Source of the DNA: Lysobacterales bacterium
Lineage (GTDB): Bacteria > Pseudomonadota > Gammaproteobacteria > Xanthomonadales > SZUA-38
DNA length: 17,590 nucleotides
Direction: 5' to 3'
NCBI GenBank assembly: GCA_041587615.1
Contig: JBFGYD010000003.1
Span: 1 to 17,590 of the forward strand
Part shown: positions 1-8,043 of the stretch, one piece after another
Layout: each line of letters opens with the position of its first letter
Position numbering within the stretch: the stretch's first letter is position 1
The notes under the pieces: generated by a model
Told to the model about the DNA's origin: nothing
Database searches by the model: none
Seen by the model: only the letters and a program-made list of their open reading frames with translations
Position numbers and translations under genes: made by a program

Positions 1-482
1 CGAGGTTCGCCTTCTCGGCGGCCGGCCTGCGCCGCGGCGGCGACGAGGCCGGTATCCGCGCTTCGGGCAGCCAGGTGGAGGCCCTGATCGACGCCGAGGA
101 ACGGCGCGGCATCGCCCGCGCAAACATCGTGCTCGGTGGGTTTTCCCAGGGTGGAGCCATTGCGCTGTACACCGGCCTCAGGCAGGCCCGCCCGCTGGCC
201 GGCATCGTCGCCCTGTCTTGTTACCTGCCGCTGGCCGAGGCGCTCGACGCCGAGCGCAACCCCGCCAGCTCGACCACTCCGATTCTGATCGGCCACGGTC
301 GTTCCGACCCGCTGGTGCCGATCGCGCTCGGCCGGCTCACGGCCGAGCGCCTGAAAACGTGGGGATATCCGGTCCAGTGGCACAGCTACGACGTGGCCCA
401 CGGCGTGGTGCCGGAAGAACTCGCCGACATTCGCGGCTGGCTGCGCCGGCGATTCGACCCGGGACCAGCCGGGCCGGGCTGA
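1..482 (+). CDS. Carboxylesterase/phospholipase-family alpha/beta hydrolase, C-terminal part (5' end lies upstream of window)
   Basis: Frame is open from position 3, so the first Met of the ORF track at 75 is not the true start. GFSQGG nucleophile elbow, GHGRSDPLVP Asp region and VAHGV His are typical of the PF02230-type esterase triad. Stop TGA at 480-482. Confidence 0.75.
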   Translation, partial: RFAFSAAGLRRGGDEAGIRASGSQVEALIDAEERRGIARANIVLGGFSQGGAIALYTGLRQARPLAGIVALSCYLPLAEALDAERNPASSTTPILIGHGRSDPLVPIALGRLTAERLKTWGYPVQWHSYDVAHGVVPEELADIRGWLRRRFDPGPAGPG

Positions 483-1528
483 TGAGCCGCGATCCGCTGC
501 CGCTTTGGTTTCCGAATTTCTGCCGCCCGGCGGCGGTGTTCGGGCTGATGGTGTTGTCCGAACTGGTGGTCGTGATCATGGCGCTGGCGCCCGGGCGAAC
601 GCTGGAGAGCCCGCTCCGGCACCTGGCGCTCAACAGCCTGTTCGTGCAGTGGGTGGCGCTGATGTGCGCGACCGCGCTTTGCGGCCTGCGACCGTGGCTC
701 AACCGCGCCGGTATCCGCGCCGGACTCGGTCTGGCCTACCTGCTGGTGCTGGCGATTACCGTCGCGGCGAGCTTCAGCGCAGTCTGGGTGGACCGGTTCG
801 CGGGCCTGAACCTGACCCTGCCGGGCCCCGAAATCGGCCGCATCGTGGCCAATAACCTGCTGGTCGCCGCGCTGGTGGCCGCCGCGGCGTTGCGCTACTA
901 CTACGTCCAGCAGCAGTGGCGCGCCGATCTTCAAACCCGGACCGAGGCGCGGGTCAAAGCGCTGCAGGCGCGCATCCGGCCCCATTTTCTGTTCAATAGC
1001 ATGAACACGATCGCCAGCCTGATCCGGTCTCGACCGGAGGTCGCCGAACGCACCGTGGAGGACCTATCCGAGCTGTTTCGCTACGCGCTGTCGAGCGCGG
1101 ATACCGACAGCACGCTGGGGCAGGAGCTGGCCCTGTGCCGGCGCTACCTGGCGATCGAGCAGCTGCGTCTCGGCGATCGCCTCGAGGTCGACTGGCAGGC
1201 CAGCGCCCTGCCGGAAGCCGAGCCGCTGCCGCCGCTGATTCTGCAGCCGCTGTTCGAAAACGCGGTCTATCACGGCATCCAGCCGCTCCCCGCCGGGGGC
1301 CGCATTGACGTGACCGGCGGATGTGACGATGATGGCTGGTGGCTCTCGATTGCCAATCCGGTGGCACCCGGCGACGCCCGGCCCGGCCGTCAGATGGCGC
1401 TGAGCAACATCGGCGAGCGCCTCGAGCACCGTTTCGCCGGGCGCGCCAGGCTGGCGGTCGAACGGAGCGAGTCCCGCTTCTCAGTCACGGTCAAGGTACC
1501 GCTGCGCACGAGCCCGCATGTTGCATAA
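482..1528 (+). CDS. algZ: LytS/AlgZ(FimS)-type sensor histidine kinase, unorthodox
   Basis: ATG at 482-484 overlaps the upstream stop (TGATG); the 218 start of the ORF track lies in the esterase region and is rejected. N-terminal hydrophobic helices, then H-box HFLFNSMNTIASLI and N-box LQPLFENAVYHGI characteristic of the LytS/His_kinase (PF06580) family. 348 aa, comparable to Pseudomonas AlgZ. Directly upstream of the LytTR regulator. Confidence 0.8.
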   Translation: MSRDPLPLWFPNFCRPAAVFGLMVLSELVVVIMALAPGRTLESPLRHLALNSLFVQWVALMCATALCGLRPWLNRAGIRAGLGLAYLLVLAITVAASFSAVWVDRFAGLNLTLPGPEIGRIVANNLLVAALVAAAALRYYYVQQQWRADLQTRTEARVKALQARIRPHFLFNSMNTIASLIRSRPEVAERTVEDLSELFRYALSSADTDSTLGQELALCRRYLAIEQLRLGDRLEVDWQASALPEAEPLPPLILQPLFENAVYHGIQPLPAGGRIDVTGGCDDDGWWLSIANPVAPGDARPGRQMALSNIGERLEHRFAGRARLAVERSESRFSVTVKVPLRTSPHVA

Positions 1529-1552
1529 GTTTCACTAGGCGCCGCATATTTG

Positions 1553-1582
1553 TTGACCCGGATCAATGAACCAAGTGAATAT
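1553..1582 (+). promoter_or_regulatory. Candidate sigma70-like promoter in AT-rich algZ-algR intergenic region
   Basis: TTGACC (1553-1558), 17-18 nt spacer, then TGAATAT. The -10 match is weak. The 77-nt spacer is the most AT-rich stretch of the core region. Confidence 0.25.
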
Positions 1583-1605
1583 CACTCATTGCAAGATGCG
1601 GGCTA

Positions 1606-2358
1606 GTGGCGTTGGCTGATTTGCAAACCAATCTGGACGTGCTGATTGTGGACGACGAGCCACTGGCCTGCGAACGTCTGACGCAGATGCTCAAGTCCGT
1701 ACCGGGCACGCGCGTCGTCGGCACCGCCGGCAACGGCCGCGAGGCGATCCGGCGAATCGAACAACACCGTCCCCAGGTGGTGCTGCTGGACATCCGCATG
1801 CCGGTCATGGACGGGCTCGAGGCGGCCCATCACCTGCGCCTGGCCGATCATCAGCCGGTGATCGTCTTTTGCACCGCGTTCGACCAGCACGCGCTGGAGG
1901 CTTTCGACGCCAACGCCATTGATTATCTGGTCAAGCCGGTGCGCCTCGAGCGCCTCCAGCAGGCCATCGCCAAGGCCCGGCGCTATGAAGCCGGCGCCAG
2001 CGCCAAGACGCCACTCAAGCCCGCCACCCGGACCCACCTGTGCGCCCGCATCCGCGGCAACTTGGAGCTGGTCCCGGTCAGCGAAATCCTGTTTCTGCAC
2101 GCCGAGCACAAATATGTCACGGTGGTGCACCGCGGCGGCGAAGTTTTGATCGAGGAACCGCTGAAATCGCTCGAAACCGAATTCAGCGAGGTCTTCATTC
2201 GCATTCATCGCAACGCCCTGGTCGCGCTGAGCGCCATCGCCGGGCTCGAGAAAACCCGCGATGGGCATACCGTGGTGCGGCTCAACGGCACCGACCGCAA
2301 ACCCGAGGTCAGCCGCCGCAACCTGCCGCAGGTGCGCAAGATCGTCAAGTCGCTCTAG
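1606..2358 (+). CDS. algR: LytTR-family two-component response regulator (AlgR-like)
   Basis: Receiver domain (LIVDDEPLACERL, phospho-acceptor Asp in LLDIRMP, KP motif in YLVKPV) followed by a LytTR DNA-binding domain (ILFLHAEHKYVTVVH...IRIHRNALV). 250 aa. GTG start at 1606 with weak SD; TTG at 1612 is an alternative. Confidence 0.85.
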   Translation: MALADLQTNLDVLIVDDEPLACERLTQMLKSVPGTRVVGTAGNGREAIRRIEQHRPQVVLLDIRMPVMDGLEAAHHLRLADHQPVIVFCTAFDQHALEAFDANAIDYLVKPVRLERLQQAIAKARRYEAGASAKTPLKPATRTHLCARIRGNLELVPVSEILFLHAEHKYVTVVHRGGEVLIEEPLKSLETEFSEVFIRIHRNALVALSAIAGLEKTRDGHTVVRLNGTDRKPEVSRRNLPQVRKIVKSL

Positions 2359-2392
2359 GGTCCTGTTTGGGGAGTTCGTACTAGCATCCCGC

Positions 2393-3337
2393 ATGAGTTC
2401 GACCCGCCGCCTCGAGCGAATAAGAATCGCCACCCGCGAAAGCGCCCTGGCCCTGTGGCAGGCGCGCTCGGTGGCCGGCGAACTTGCGCGCCACCATCCC
2501 GGTCTGGCGGTCGAGCTGGTGCCGATGACGACCCGCGGCGATCGCTTGCTGGACCGGCCGCTGGCCGCGATCGGCGGCAAGGGCTTGTTCCTGAAAGAGC
2601 TGGAGCAGGCGCTCAGCGCCGGCACCGCCGACATCGCGGTGCATTCGATGAAGGACGTGCCGACCGATCTGCCCCCGGGTTTCGCGGTGCCGGTCGTCCT
2701 GGCGCGGCACGATCCGCGCGACGCGCTGGTCAGCCCGCGGCATGCGCGCCTGGACGAGCTGCCGGAGGGAGCCCGGGTGGGCACCTCCAGCCTTCGGCGC
2801 CGCGCGCAGTTGCTCCACCGCCGCCCGGATCTGGACGTGGTCAGCCTGCGCGGCAACGTCAACACCCGGCTGGACAAGCTCGAGCGCGGAGATTTCGACG
2901 CGATCATCCTGGCCGCGGCCGGACTGGACCGGCTCGAACTGGGCGCTCGGATTCGCGAGCGGATCGCGCCGGCCGTGTCCCTGCCGGCGGTGGCCCAGGG
3001 CGCGATCGCGATCGAGATCCGCGCCGGCGACCGCGACTGCGAGGCCCTGCTCGAGCCTCTCAACGACGCGCCAACCGCGGCGTGCGTGACCGCCGAACGA
3101 GCGTTCAGCGCCCGCCTCGGCGGGAGCTGTCAGGTGCCTTTGGCGGCGTATGCCGAGCTTGAAGGCGAACGCTTGATGCTGAGCGGTCTGGTGGCCACGC
3201 CCGACGGCGGGCGCCTGCTGAGGGACTCGATCGAGGGTCCGATGGCGCGCGCGGCCGACCTCGGCCACGACCTGGCGCGGCGGCTCACCGAGCGAGGCGC
3301 CGGCGAGATCCTCAGCGCGATCGCCGAGAACACCTAA
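2393..3337 (+). CDS. hemC: Porphobilinogen deaminase (hydroxymethylbilane synthase)
   Basis: The real start is the internal ATG at 2393 (MSSTRRLERIRIATRESALALWQA), not the 2261 start of the ORF track, which overlaps algR. Conserved cofactor-binding GGSCQVP cysteine motif. 314 aa. Confidence 0.9.
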   Translation: MSSTRRLERIRIATRESALALWQARSVAGELARHHPGLAVELVPMTTRGDRLLDRPLAAIGGKGLFLKELEQALSAGTADIAVHSMKDVPTDLPPGFAVPVVLARHDPRDALVSPRHARLDELPEGARVGTSSLRRRAQLLHRRPDLDVVSLRGNVNTRLDKLERGDFDAIILAAAGLDRLELGARIRERIAPAVSLPAVAQGAIAIEIRAGDRDCEALLEPLNDAPTAACVTAERAFSARLGGSCQVPLAAYAELEGERLMLSGLVATPDGGRLLRDSIEGPMARAADLGHDLARRLTERGAGEILSAIAENT

Positions 3338-3340
3338 GTC

Positions 3341-4105
3341 ATGTTCAGGCTCGATGAAACGGCGGTGCTGGTCACCCGCCCCAGTGGCGAAGGAACGGCT
3401 CTGTGCGAGCGGATCGAGGCCCTCGGCGGCGTCGCGGTTCACCAGCCAGGGATCGAACTGCGCCCGGCGTTGGCCAGCGAGCCCACGCTGCGCCATCTGA
3501 ACCGCCTGACCAAAGCCGACACGCTGATCTTTACCTCGCCGGCGGCGGTGCGGCACGCGCGGTCTCTGCTCGCGGGTCGGGTGCCGGCCGGCGCCGCGGC
3601 CTGGGGCGTCGGCGGGCGCACCGCGGCCGACCTGCGCCAGGTCGGGTTGGACAACGTGCAGGCGCCGGAGGCGGGCCACGGTAGCGAAGCGCTGCTGGCC
3701 GAGCCGGCCTTCGCCAAGCCACGCGGTCGCCGGATCCTGATTTTAGGCGCCCGCGACGGGCGCAGTTCGCTGCACCGGAGCCTGACCGAGCGCGGCGCAC
3801 GGGTCGAACCCGTATACGTCTACCGGCGGCGGCCGCCGCGCCTTCGTCGCGGAGCGCTCGAGCGATTGCGCGAGCACTTCGCGCGCTCCATTGTCACCGC
3901 CACCAGCGTCGAGATCGTGACCAACGTCACCGCGCTTTACCGGGGGCGTCTTCCCGCGTCCCTGACCCGGCGCCCGCTGGCGGTGATCAGCAAGCGCATC
4001 GCCGCGGCGGCCCGCGAACTGGGCTACGGGCGGATCGCGGTCAGCGACGGTCCCGCGACCGAGGACATCCTGCAGGCGGTCGCGGAGCTGGCCGGCGCAT
4101 GGTAG
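3341..4105 (+). CDS. hemD: Uroporphyrinogen-III synthase
   Basis: Starts 3 nt after the hemC stop. 254 aa, with the HemD-like sequence AVLVTRP...LIFTSPAAV. Canonical position between hemC and hemX. Confidence 0.8.
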   Translation: MFRLDETAVLVTRPSGEGTALCERIEALGGVAVHQPGIELRPALASEPTLRHLNRLTKADTLIFTSPAAVRHARSLLAGRVPAGAAAWGVGGRTAADLRQVGLDNVQAPEAGHGSEALLAEPAFAKPRGRRILILGARDGRSSLHRSLTERGARVEPVYVYRRRPPRLRRGALERLREHFARSIVTATSVEIVTNVTALYRGRLPASLTRRPLAVISKRIAAAARELGYGRIAVSDGPATEDILQAVAELAGAW

Positions 4106-4167
4106 GACGCGGCAAGCTTGGTTACACTGCGCTCGTGCAAGAACCCCGGGCGTGAAGATGACCGATT

Positions 4168-5547
4168 ATGAGTGAGGACAAGGAACGACCGACGGCGCCG
4201 GCCGACGAGGCCGAGCCACAGCCACCGGCGGAAACTCCGGACGCGGCGCCCCCCTCGGAGGCCGTCGGCGCGGAGCCGGCCGAGACACCGCCGACGCGCG
4301 CCGAAACACCGCCGGAGACGGCCGATACCCCCCCGGACCGGGCCGCCCCTCCGCCCCCCGCGGTCCCACCGCAGGTGGCGGTCGTCAATCCCTCTGCACC
4401 CCGCCGCGGTGGCGCGCTGGCCGCGCTGGCGCTGCTGCTGGCGCTGGCCGCGGCTGGCGGAACGGGTTATTTGTGGTGGCTGATGCAACAACAGGGCGAA
4501 GTCGCGGCGCCGATGCTGCCGGACCTGCCTGACGTCGGCGCAGAGGTCGAAAAGCAGGCCCGTCCCCTGCGAGCCGCGATCGATGAGCTGCGCGAGCAGG
4601 TGGCGCAGGATCTCGGCCAGGTGCGTCGCACGCTGGCTGACGTGCGCGGCGAGGTCGAATCCGACGTCGCCGAGGTCCAGCGCGAGACCGAGCGCCTGGC
4701 CGCCGGCCGCGACGGCGTCGATCGCGTGCTGGCCAAGGTCGAGGACGACATCCGACGCGGCCTGCAGGGCGTGGAACGACGCCTGGTCAACCTCGAAACC
4801 GGTCTCGCCGCGCTGGCCGATAGCCGCTCGAGCACGACCGCCGAACTGGCGCTCGCCGAGACCGAGTTTCTGCTGCGCTCGGCCAGCGAACGACTCCAGC
4901 TAATGAACGATCCGCGCGGCGCCCAGACTGCGCTCAATCTGGCGCAATCACGCCTCGACGGGATCGACGACCCGGTGTACGCCTCGGTTCGGCAAACCGT
5001 GGCCGGGCACATCGAGGCGCTGCGCCAGGTCGAGTTGCCGGACCGGGTCGCGCTGTCCGGCCGACTGCTGGCGCTGGCGCGCAATTCGGTCGAATGGCCG
5101 CTGGATGCGCGCCGCAGCCTTCAAGCCAGCGGCGCCAACCTGCTGACCCCGAGCGATCGCGACAGCGGCTGGTGGCCGCGCTTCAAGGAAGTGCTGTCCA
5201 GCGTGGTCGTGGTGCATCGGGAAAAGGAGGCCGAGGCGGTGCTGCTGACGCTGGAGGAGGAGCGCTTGCTGCGGGAGAACGTCCGCCTGCAGCTCCAGGT
5301 GGCTCAACTGGCGGCGGTGCGCGGCGAGCAGCCGCTCTACGAGGCCGCGATCGACGCGGTCAGCGACTGGTTGGGCGATTACTTTGATCAGGAATCGGCA
5401 CTGGTGACCGGCGCGCTGGAGCAGCTCGAGGAGCTGCGTGCCATCGACCTGAATCCACCGCTGCCGGATATCAGCGCGGCCTTGCGTCAACTGCGCAGCG
5501 TGCGCGCCGCCGGCGCCCTCGCCGCCGGCGCCGAGCGATTGCCGTGA
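4168..5547 (+). CDS. hemX: HemX-family membrane protein (historically mis-annotated as uroporphyrinogen-III C-methyltransferase)
   Basis: Pro/Glu/Thr/Ala-rich N-terminal low-complexity region, one hydrophobic helix (ALAALALLLALAAAGG), then a long coiled-coil-like Ala/Leu/Arg/Glu-rich region. Position between hemD and hemY. Confidence 0.75.
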   Translation: MSEDKERPTAPADEAEPQPPAETPDAAPPSEAVGAEPAETPPTRAETPPETADTPPDRAAPPPPAVPPQVAVVNPSAPRRGGALAALALLLALAAAGGTGYLWWLMQQQGEVAAPMLPDLPDVGAEVEKQARPLRAAIDELREQVAQDLGQVRRTLADVRGEVESDVAEVQRETERLAAGRDGVDRVLAKVEDDIRRGLQGVERRLVNLETGLAALADSRSSTTAELALAETEFLLRSASERLQLMNDPRGAQTALNLAQSRLDGIDDPVYASVRQTVAGHIEALRQVELPDRVALSGRLLALARNSVEWPLDARRSLQASGANLLTPSDRDSGWWPRFKEVLSSVVVVHREKEAEAVLLTLEEERLLRENVRLQLQVAQLAAVRGEQPLYEAAIDAVSDWLGDYFDQESALVTGALEQLEELRAIDLNPPLPDISAALRQLRSVRAAGALAAGAERLP

Positions 5548-6722
5548 AAGCGTTCGTCGCGTTGCTGGTCGGGGTGGCGCTGGCGCTGCTGGCGATCTGG
5601 GCGCTGCCGATTCTCGAAGGCTACGTGCTGATCCGCACCGGCGGCTGGGCGATCGAGATGAACGTGCTGGTATTCATCGTCCTGCTGCTGGCCATTTATG
5701 CGTTGTTCCGGCTGGTGATCTGGGCCTGGAACCTGCCCGGCAATGTGGTCCGTCGCTTCTTCGAGCGGCGCGCCGCCGCCCAGCTCGAAGTCGGCATGCT
5801 GGCGCTGTCCGAAGGCAACTGGCGCAAGGCGGAAAAAGCGCTGGCGAAAGCGGCCAAGGGTAGCGACCGACCGGCGATGGGATATCTGGGGGCGGCCCAG
5901 GCCGCCCACCGGCGCGGCGGTGACGCGCGGGCGGAGGATTACCTCGACCAGGCCGGACGAGAGGGCCGGGCCAAGGACTCCGCGGCGATCACCAAGGCCC
6001 AGCTACAGCTCGCGTCCGACCAGCCCGAACAGGCGCTGGCCACCCTGTCGCGGGTGCGCCGCGGCAGCGAGAGCCGGCCGCGGGTGCTGCAGCTGCTGGC
6101 GCGCTGCTATGAGCGCCTCGATCGCTGGGGGGAGCTGAGCGATTTGGTGCCGGCGCTGGTCAAAGCCGAGATCATCGAACCGGCCCAGGGCCAGGACATC
6201 AGCCGGCGCGCGGCGCTGAAAAGCCTCGACGACGCCGCCGACATCGGTCAGCTCGAGGCGTTGTGGCGCAAGCTGGACCGCTTCTCGCGCAAGGATTTCC
6301 AGTACTTAAGCGCGTTCGTCGGCAACGCGATCAAGCTCGGCGCCGGCGAGGCCGCCGAGAAAGACCTGCTGGCGGCGCTAAAGAAAGACTGGTCCGAGCC
6401 GCTGATCCGCCTCTACGCGGACCTGCCGTCGCCGGGCGCGACCCTGACACAGGCCGAGAAGTGGCTCAAGGCCCATCCGGACAGTCCCGCGCTGCACTTG
6501 CTGACAGCGCGTCTGTGCGCCAAGGCCGAGATCTGGGGCAAGGCGCGCGAACACTACGAGACCAGCGTACGGCTCGACCCGAACCCGACGGCCTACGCCG
6601 AGCTGGCCGAGCTGAAGGCACGCGAAGGCGACGCCGAAGGCGCGCTGGACGACTACCGCCGCGCGCTCGGACGGACCGAGGAGCCCGGGCCCGAGCCCGC
6701 CCCCAAACTCGAGCACTCCTGA
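5544..6722 (+). CDS. hemY: HemY-family TPR inner-membrane protein
   Basis: GTG start overlaps the hemX stop (GTGA). Two N-terminal TM helices, the HemY_N-like motif VVRRFFERR, then TPR-like repeats. 392 aa. Confidence 0.8.
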   Translation: MKAFVALLVGVALALLAIWALPILEGYVLIRTGGWAIEMNVLVFIVLLLAIYALFRLVIWAWNLPGNVVRRFFERRAAAQLEVGMLALSEGNWRKAEKALAKAAKGSDRPAMGYLGAAQAAHRRGGDARAEDYLDQAGREGRAKDSAAITKAQLQLASDQPEQALATLSRVRRGSESRPRVLQLLARCYERLDRWGELSDLVPALVKAEIIEPAQGQDISRRAALKSLDDAADIGQLEALWRKLDRFSRKDFQYLSAFVGNAIKLGAGEAAEKDLLAALKKDWSEPLIRLYADLPSPGATLTQAEKWLKAHPDSPALHLLTARLCAKAEIWGKAREHYETSVRLDPNPTAYAELAELKAREGDAEGALDDYRRALGRTEEPGPEPAPKLEHS

Positions 6723-6963
6723 CCTCCAAAGGCGGGCGCTGTTGCAGCATCCGGCGAATCAGCCTGCTTCTTTCGCCGCTAAAGGCGGTAAGCAATGCCA
6801 TTGCATACCGCTCCTGAATGCATGCGGCGCGCGGGAGCCCGACCGCACTAATTAACCTGAATGTTGCACGAGTTACACTGGGCGGTGCCTGTTTACCCAG
6901 TTGGTTCAATGACTTGCGTGGATATTTGAAGGCGGGACGAAAACGAAAACTGTGACCGTGCCC

Positions 6964-7857
6964 TTAGTCGCCGGTCGGGGTCTTGACGTAGTGCCCGTCG
7001 AAGGCCACCTGCCAGGTTTCGCCGCCGTCGTTCGACTGCTGCCAGTGCTGGCGCACCGAGCGGTCTTCGTTGGGGTAGAAATCCAGCTTGTGCAGCGTGG
7101 TCGTGCCGTTGGGGTTTTTGGTCTCGGCGGTGTAGTGCAGTACACCGTCTTCGAACTGCCCGGTGAATTCGATCACGCCGCCGCGATCGCCGATCCAGAT
7201 CTGCCGCCAGTGGCCTTCGGCCGAGTCGTAGAAATTGAAGCTCTTGCCGGTTCCGCCGGTCACGGAGGTCCAGTTTTCGTACAACACGCAGTCGCCGCTG
7301 ACCGGGATGATCTCGTTGTGACCCGCCGGCGCGCCCTGCGAACTCACGTCCCAGGTCCCGATCCAGAAATCGAACGCCCGATGCGCGGGCGAGGACTTGC
7401 ACGGAAAACGCGCGCCGCGAATGGACTCAAGCGCCGCCTGGAAGCGGGGCCGCTCCTTGAGCGCGTCAAAGTCGGCCTCGTTTTCGATCAGCGCCGGCAT
7501 CGCAAAACCCTGGCCGGCCAGTGACTCCAGCGCGTCGAGGGCGAGCTCGTGTTCGCCGCGGCGGGCCTGGATCCGCGCCAGCCGATAGCCTACCCCCTGG
7601 GGCTGAAAGCTCAGTTCGCCGGCGCGGCGAAAATGGGTCTCGGCCTCGTCCAGTCGGTCCAGGCTCATCAGGGCCGTGCCGAGACGGTAATGGGCGCTGC
7701 CGTCGTCCGGGCTTTCGGCCAGGTGCTGCTTCCACAAAGAAGCCGCCCGTTCCTGGTCGTTGTCGGCCGCAGCCGCGGCCGCCTGCTCGCTCAAACTCGC
7801 CGCATCACCAGCGCCGGCCAGTAATGCCAGGGTCAGCAAGACGATTGATCGGTCCAT
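6964..7857 (-). CDS. Secreted TPR-repeat protein with unassigned C-terminal beta-rich domain
   Basis: Sec-type signal peptide (MDRSIVLLTLALLAGAGDA), about 130 aa of TPR-like helices (HYRLGTALMSLDRLDEAETHFRRA; YRLARIQARRGEHELALDALE), then a Trp/Gly-rich about 150 aa domain (FDFWIGTWDV...WRQIWIGDRGG...WQVAFDGHY). Confidence 0.7.
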   Translation of the reverse strand: MDRSIVLLTLALLAGAGDAASLSEQAAAAAADNDQERAASLWKQHLAESPDDGSAHYRLGTALMSLDRLDEAETHFRRAGELSFQPQGVGYRLARIQARRGEHELALDALESLAGQGFAMPALIENEADFDALKERPRFQAALESIRGARFPCKSSPAHRAFDFWIGTWDVSSQGAPAGHNEIIPVSGDCVLYENWTSVTGGTGKSFNFYDSAEGHWRQIWIGDRGGVIEFTGQFEDGVLHYTAETKNPNGTTTLHKLDFYPNEDRSVRQHWQQSNDGGETWQVAFDGHYVKTPTGD

Positions 7858-7940
7858 GGCAGGCTCGCTCGACAGGTCAAAGGCGTCGAAGTTAGCACGA
7901 GACGCGCCAGCTTGCTTTCAAAAACTTGCGCCGTAAACGG

Positions 7941-8023
7941 AAAAAAGGGGCCAGGTTCATTTTTCTGGGCAGCGCGGTTCGTCGGCTGGAGTGTTGACGA
8001 AAAAATGAACCTGGCCCCTTTTT
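7941..8023. repeat. 24-bp perfect inverted repeat with 35-nt spacer, A/T tracts on both outer ends (bidirectional terminator-like or MITE-like element)
   Basis: AAAAAAGGGGCCAGGTTCATTTTT (7941-7964) and AAAAAATGAACCTGGCCCCTTTTT (8000-8023) are exact reverse complements. The element lies 20 nt downstream of the phosphoesterase stop (8044) and about 85 nt upstream of the TPR gene start. Confidence 0.5.
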
Positions 8024-8043
8024 CGGCTTGGCCGCGTCCTCGG

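Noticed and set aside
218-481. Upstream portion of the 436-aa ORF (218 to 1528) overlapping the esterase
   Set aside because: The N-terminal 88 residues are an Arg/Pro/Ala-rich artefact of reading the esterase gene out of frame. The kinase starts at ATG 482 with its membrane domain.
1603-3679. Long - strand ORFs (1603-3063, 2381-3679) and other Arg/Pro/Ala-rich ORFs antisense to algR/hemC/hemD
   Set aside because: High-GC genomes give long stop-free antisense frames. The products are low-complexity, Arg/Ser/Pro-rich and have no motifs, whereas the + strand genes carry clear family signatures.
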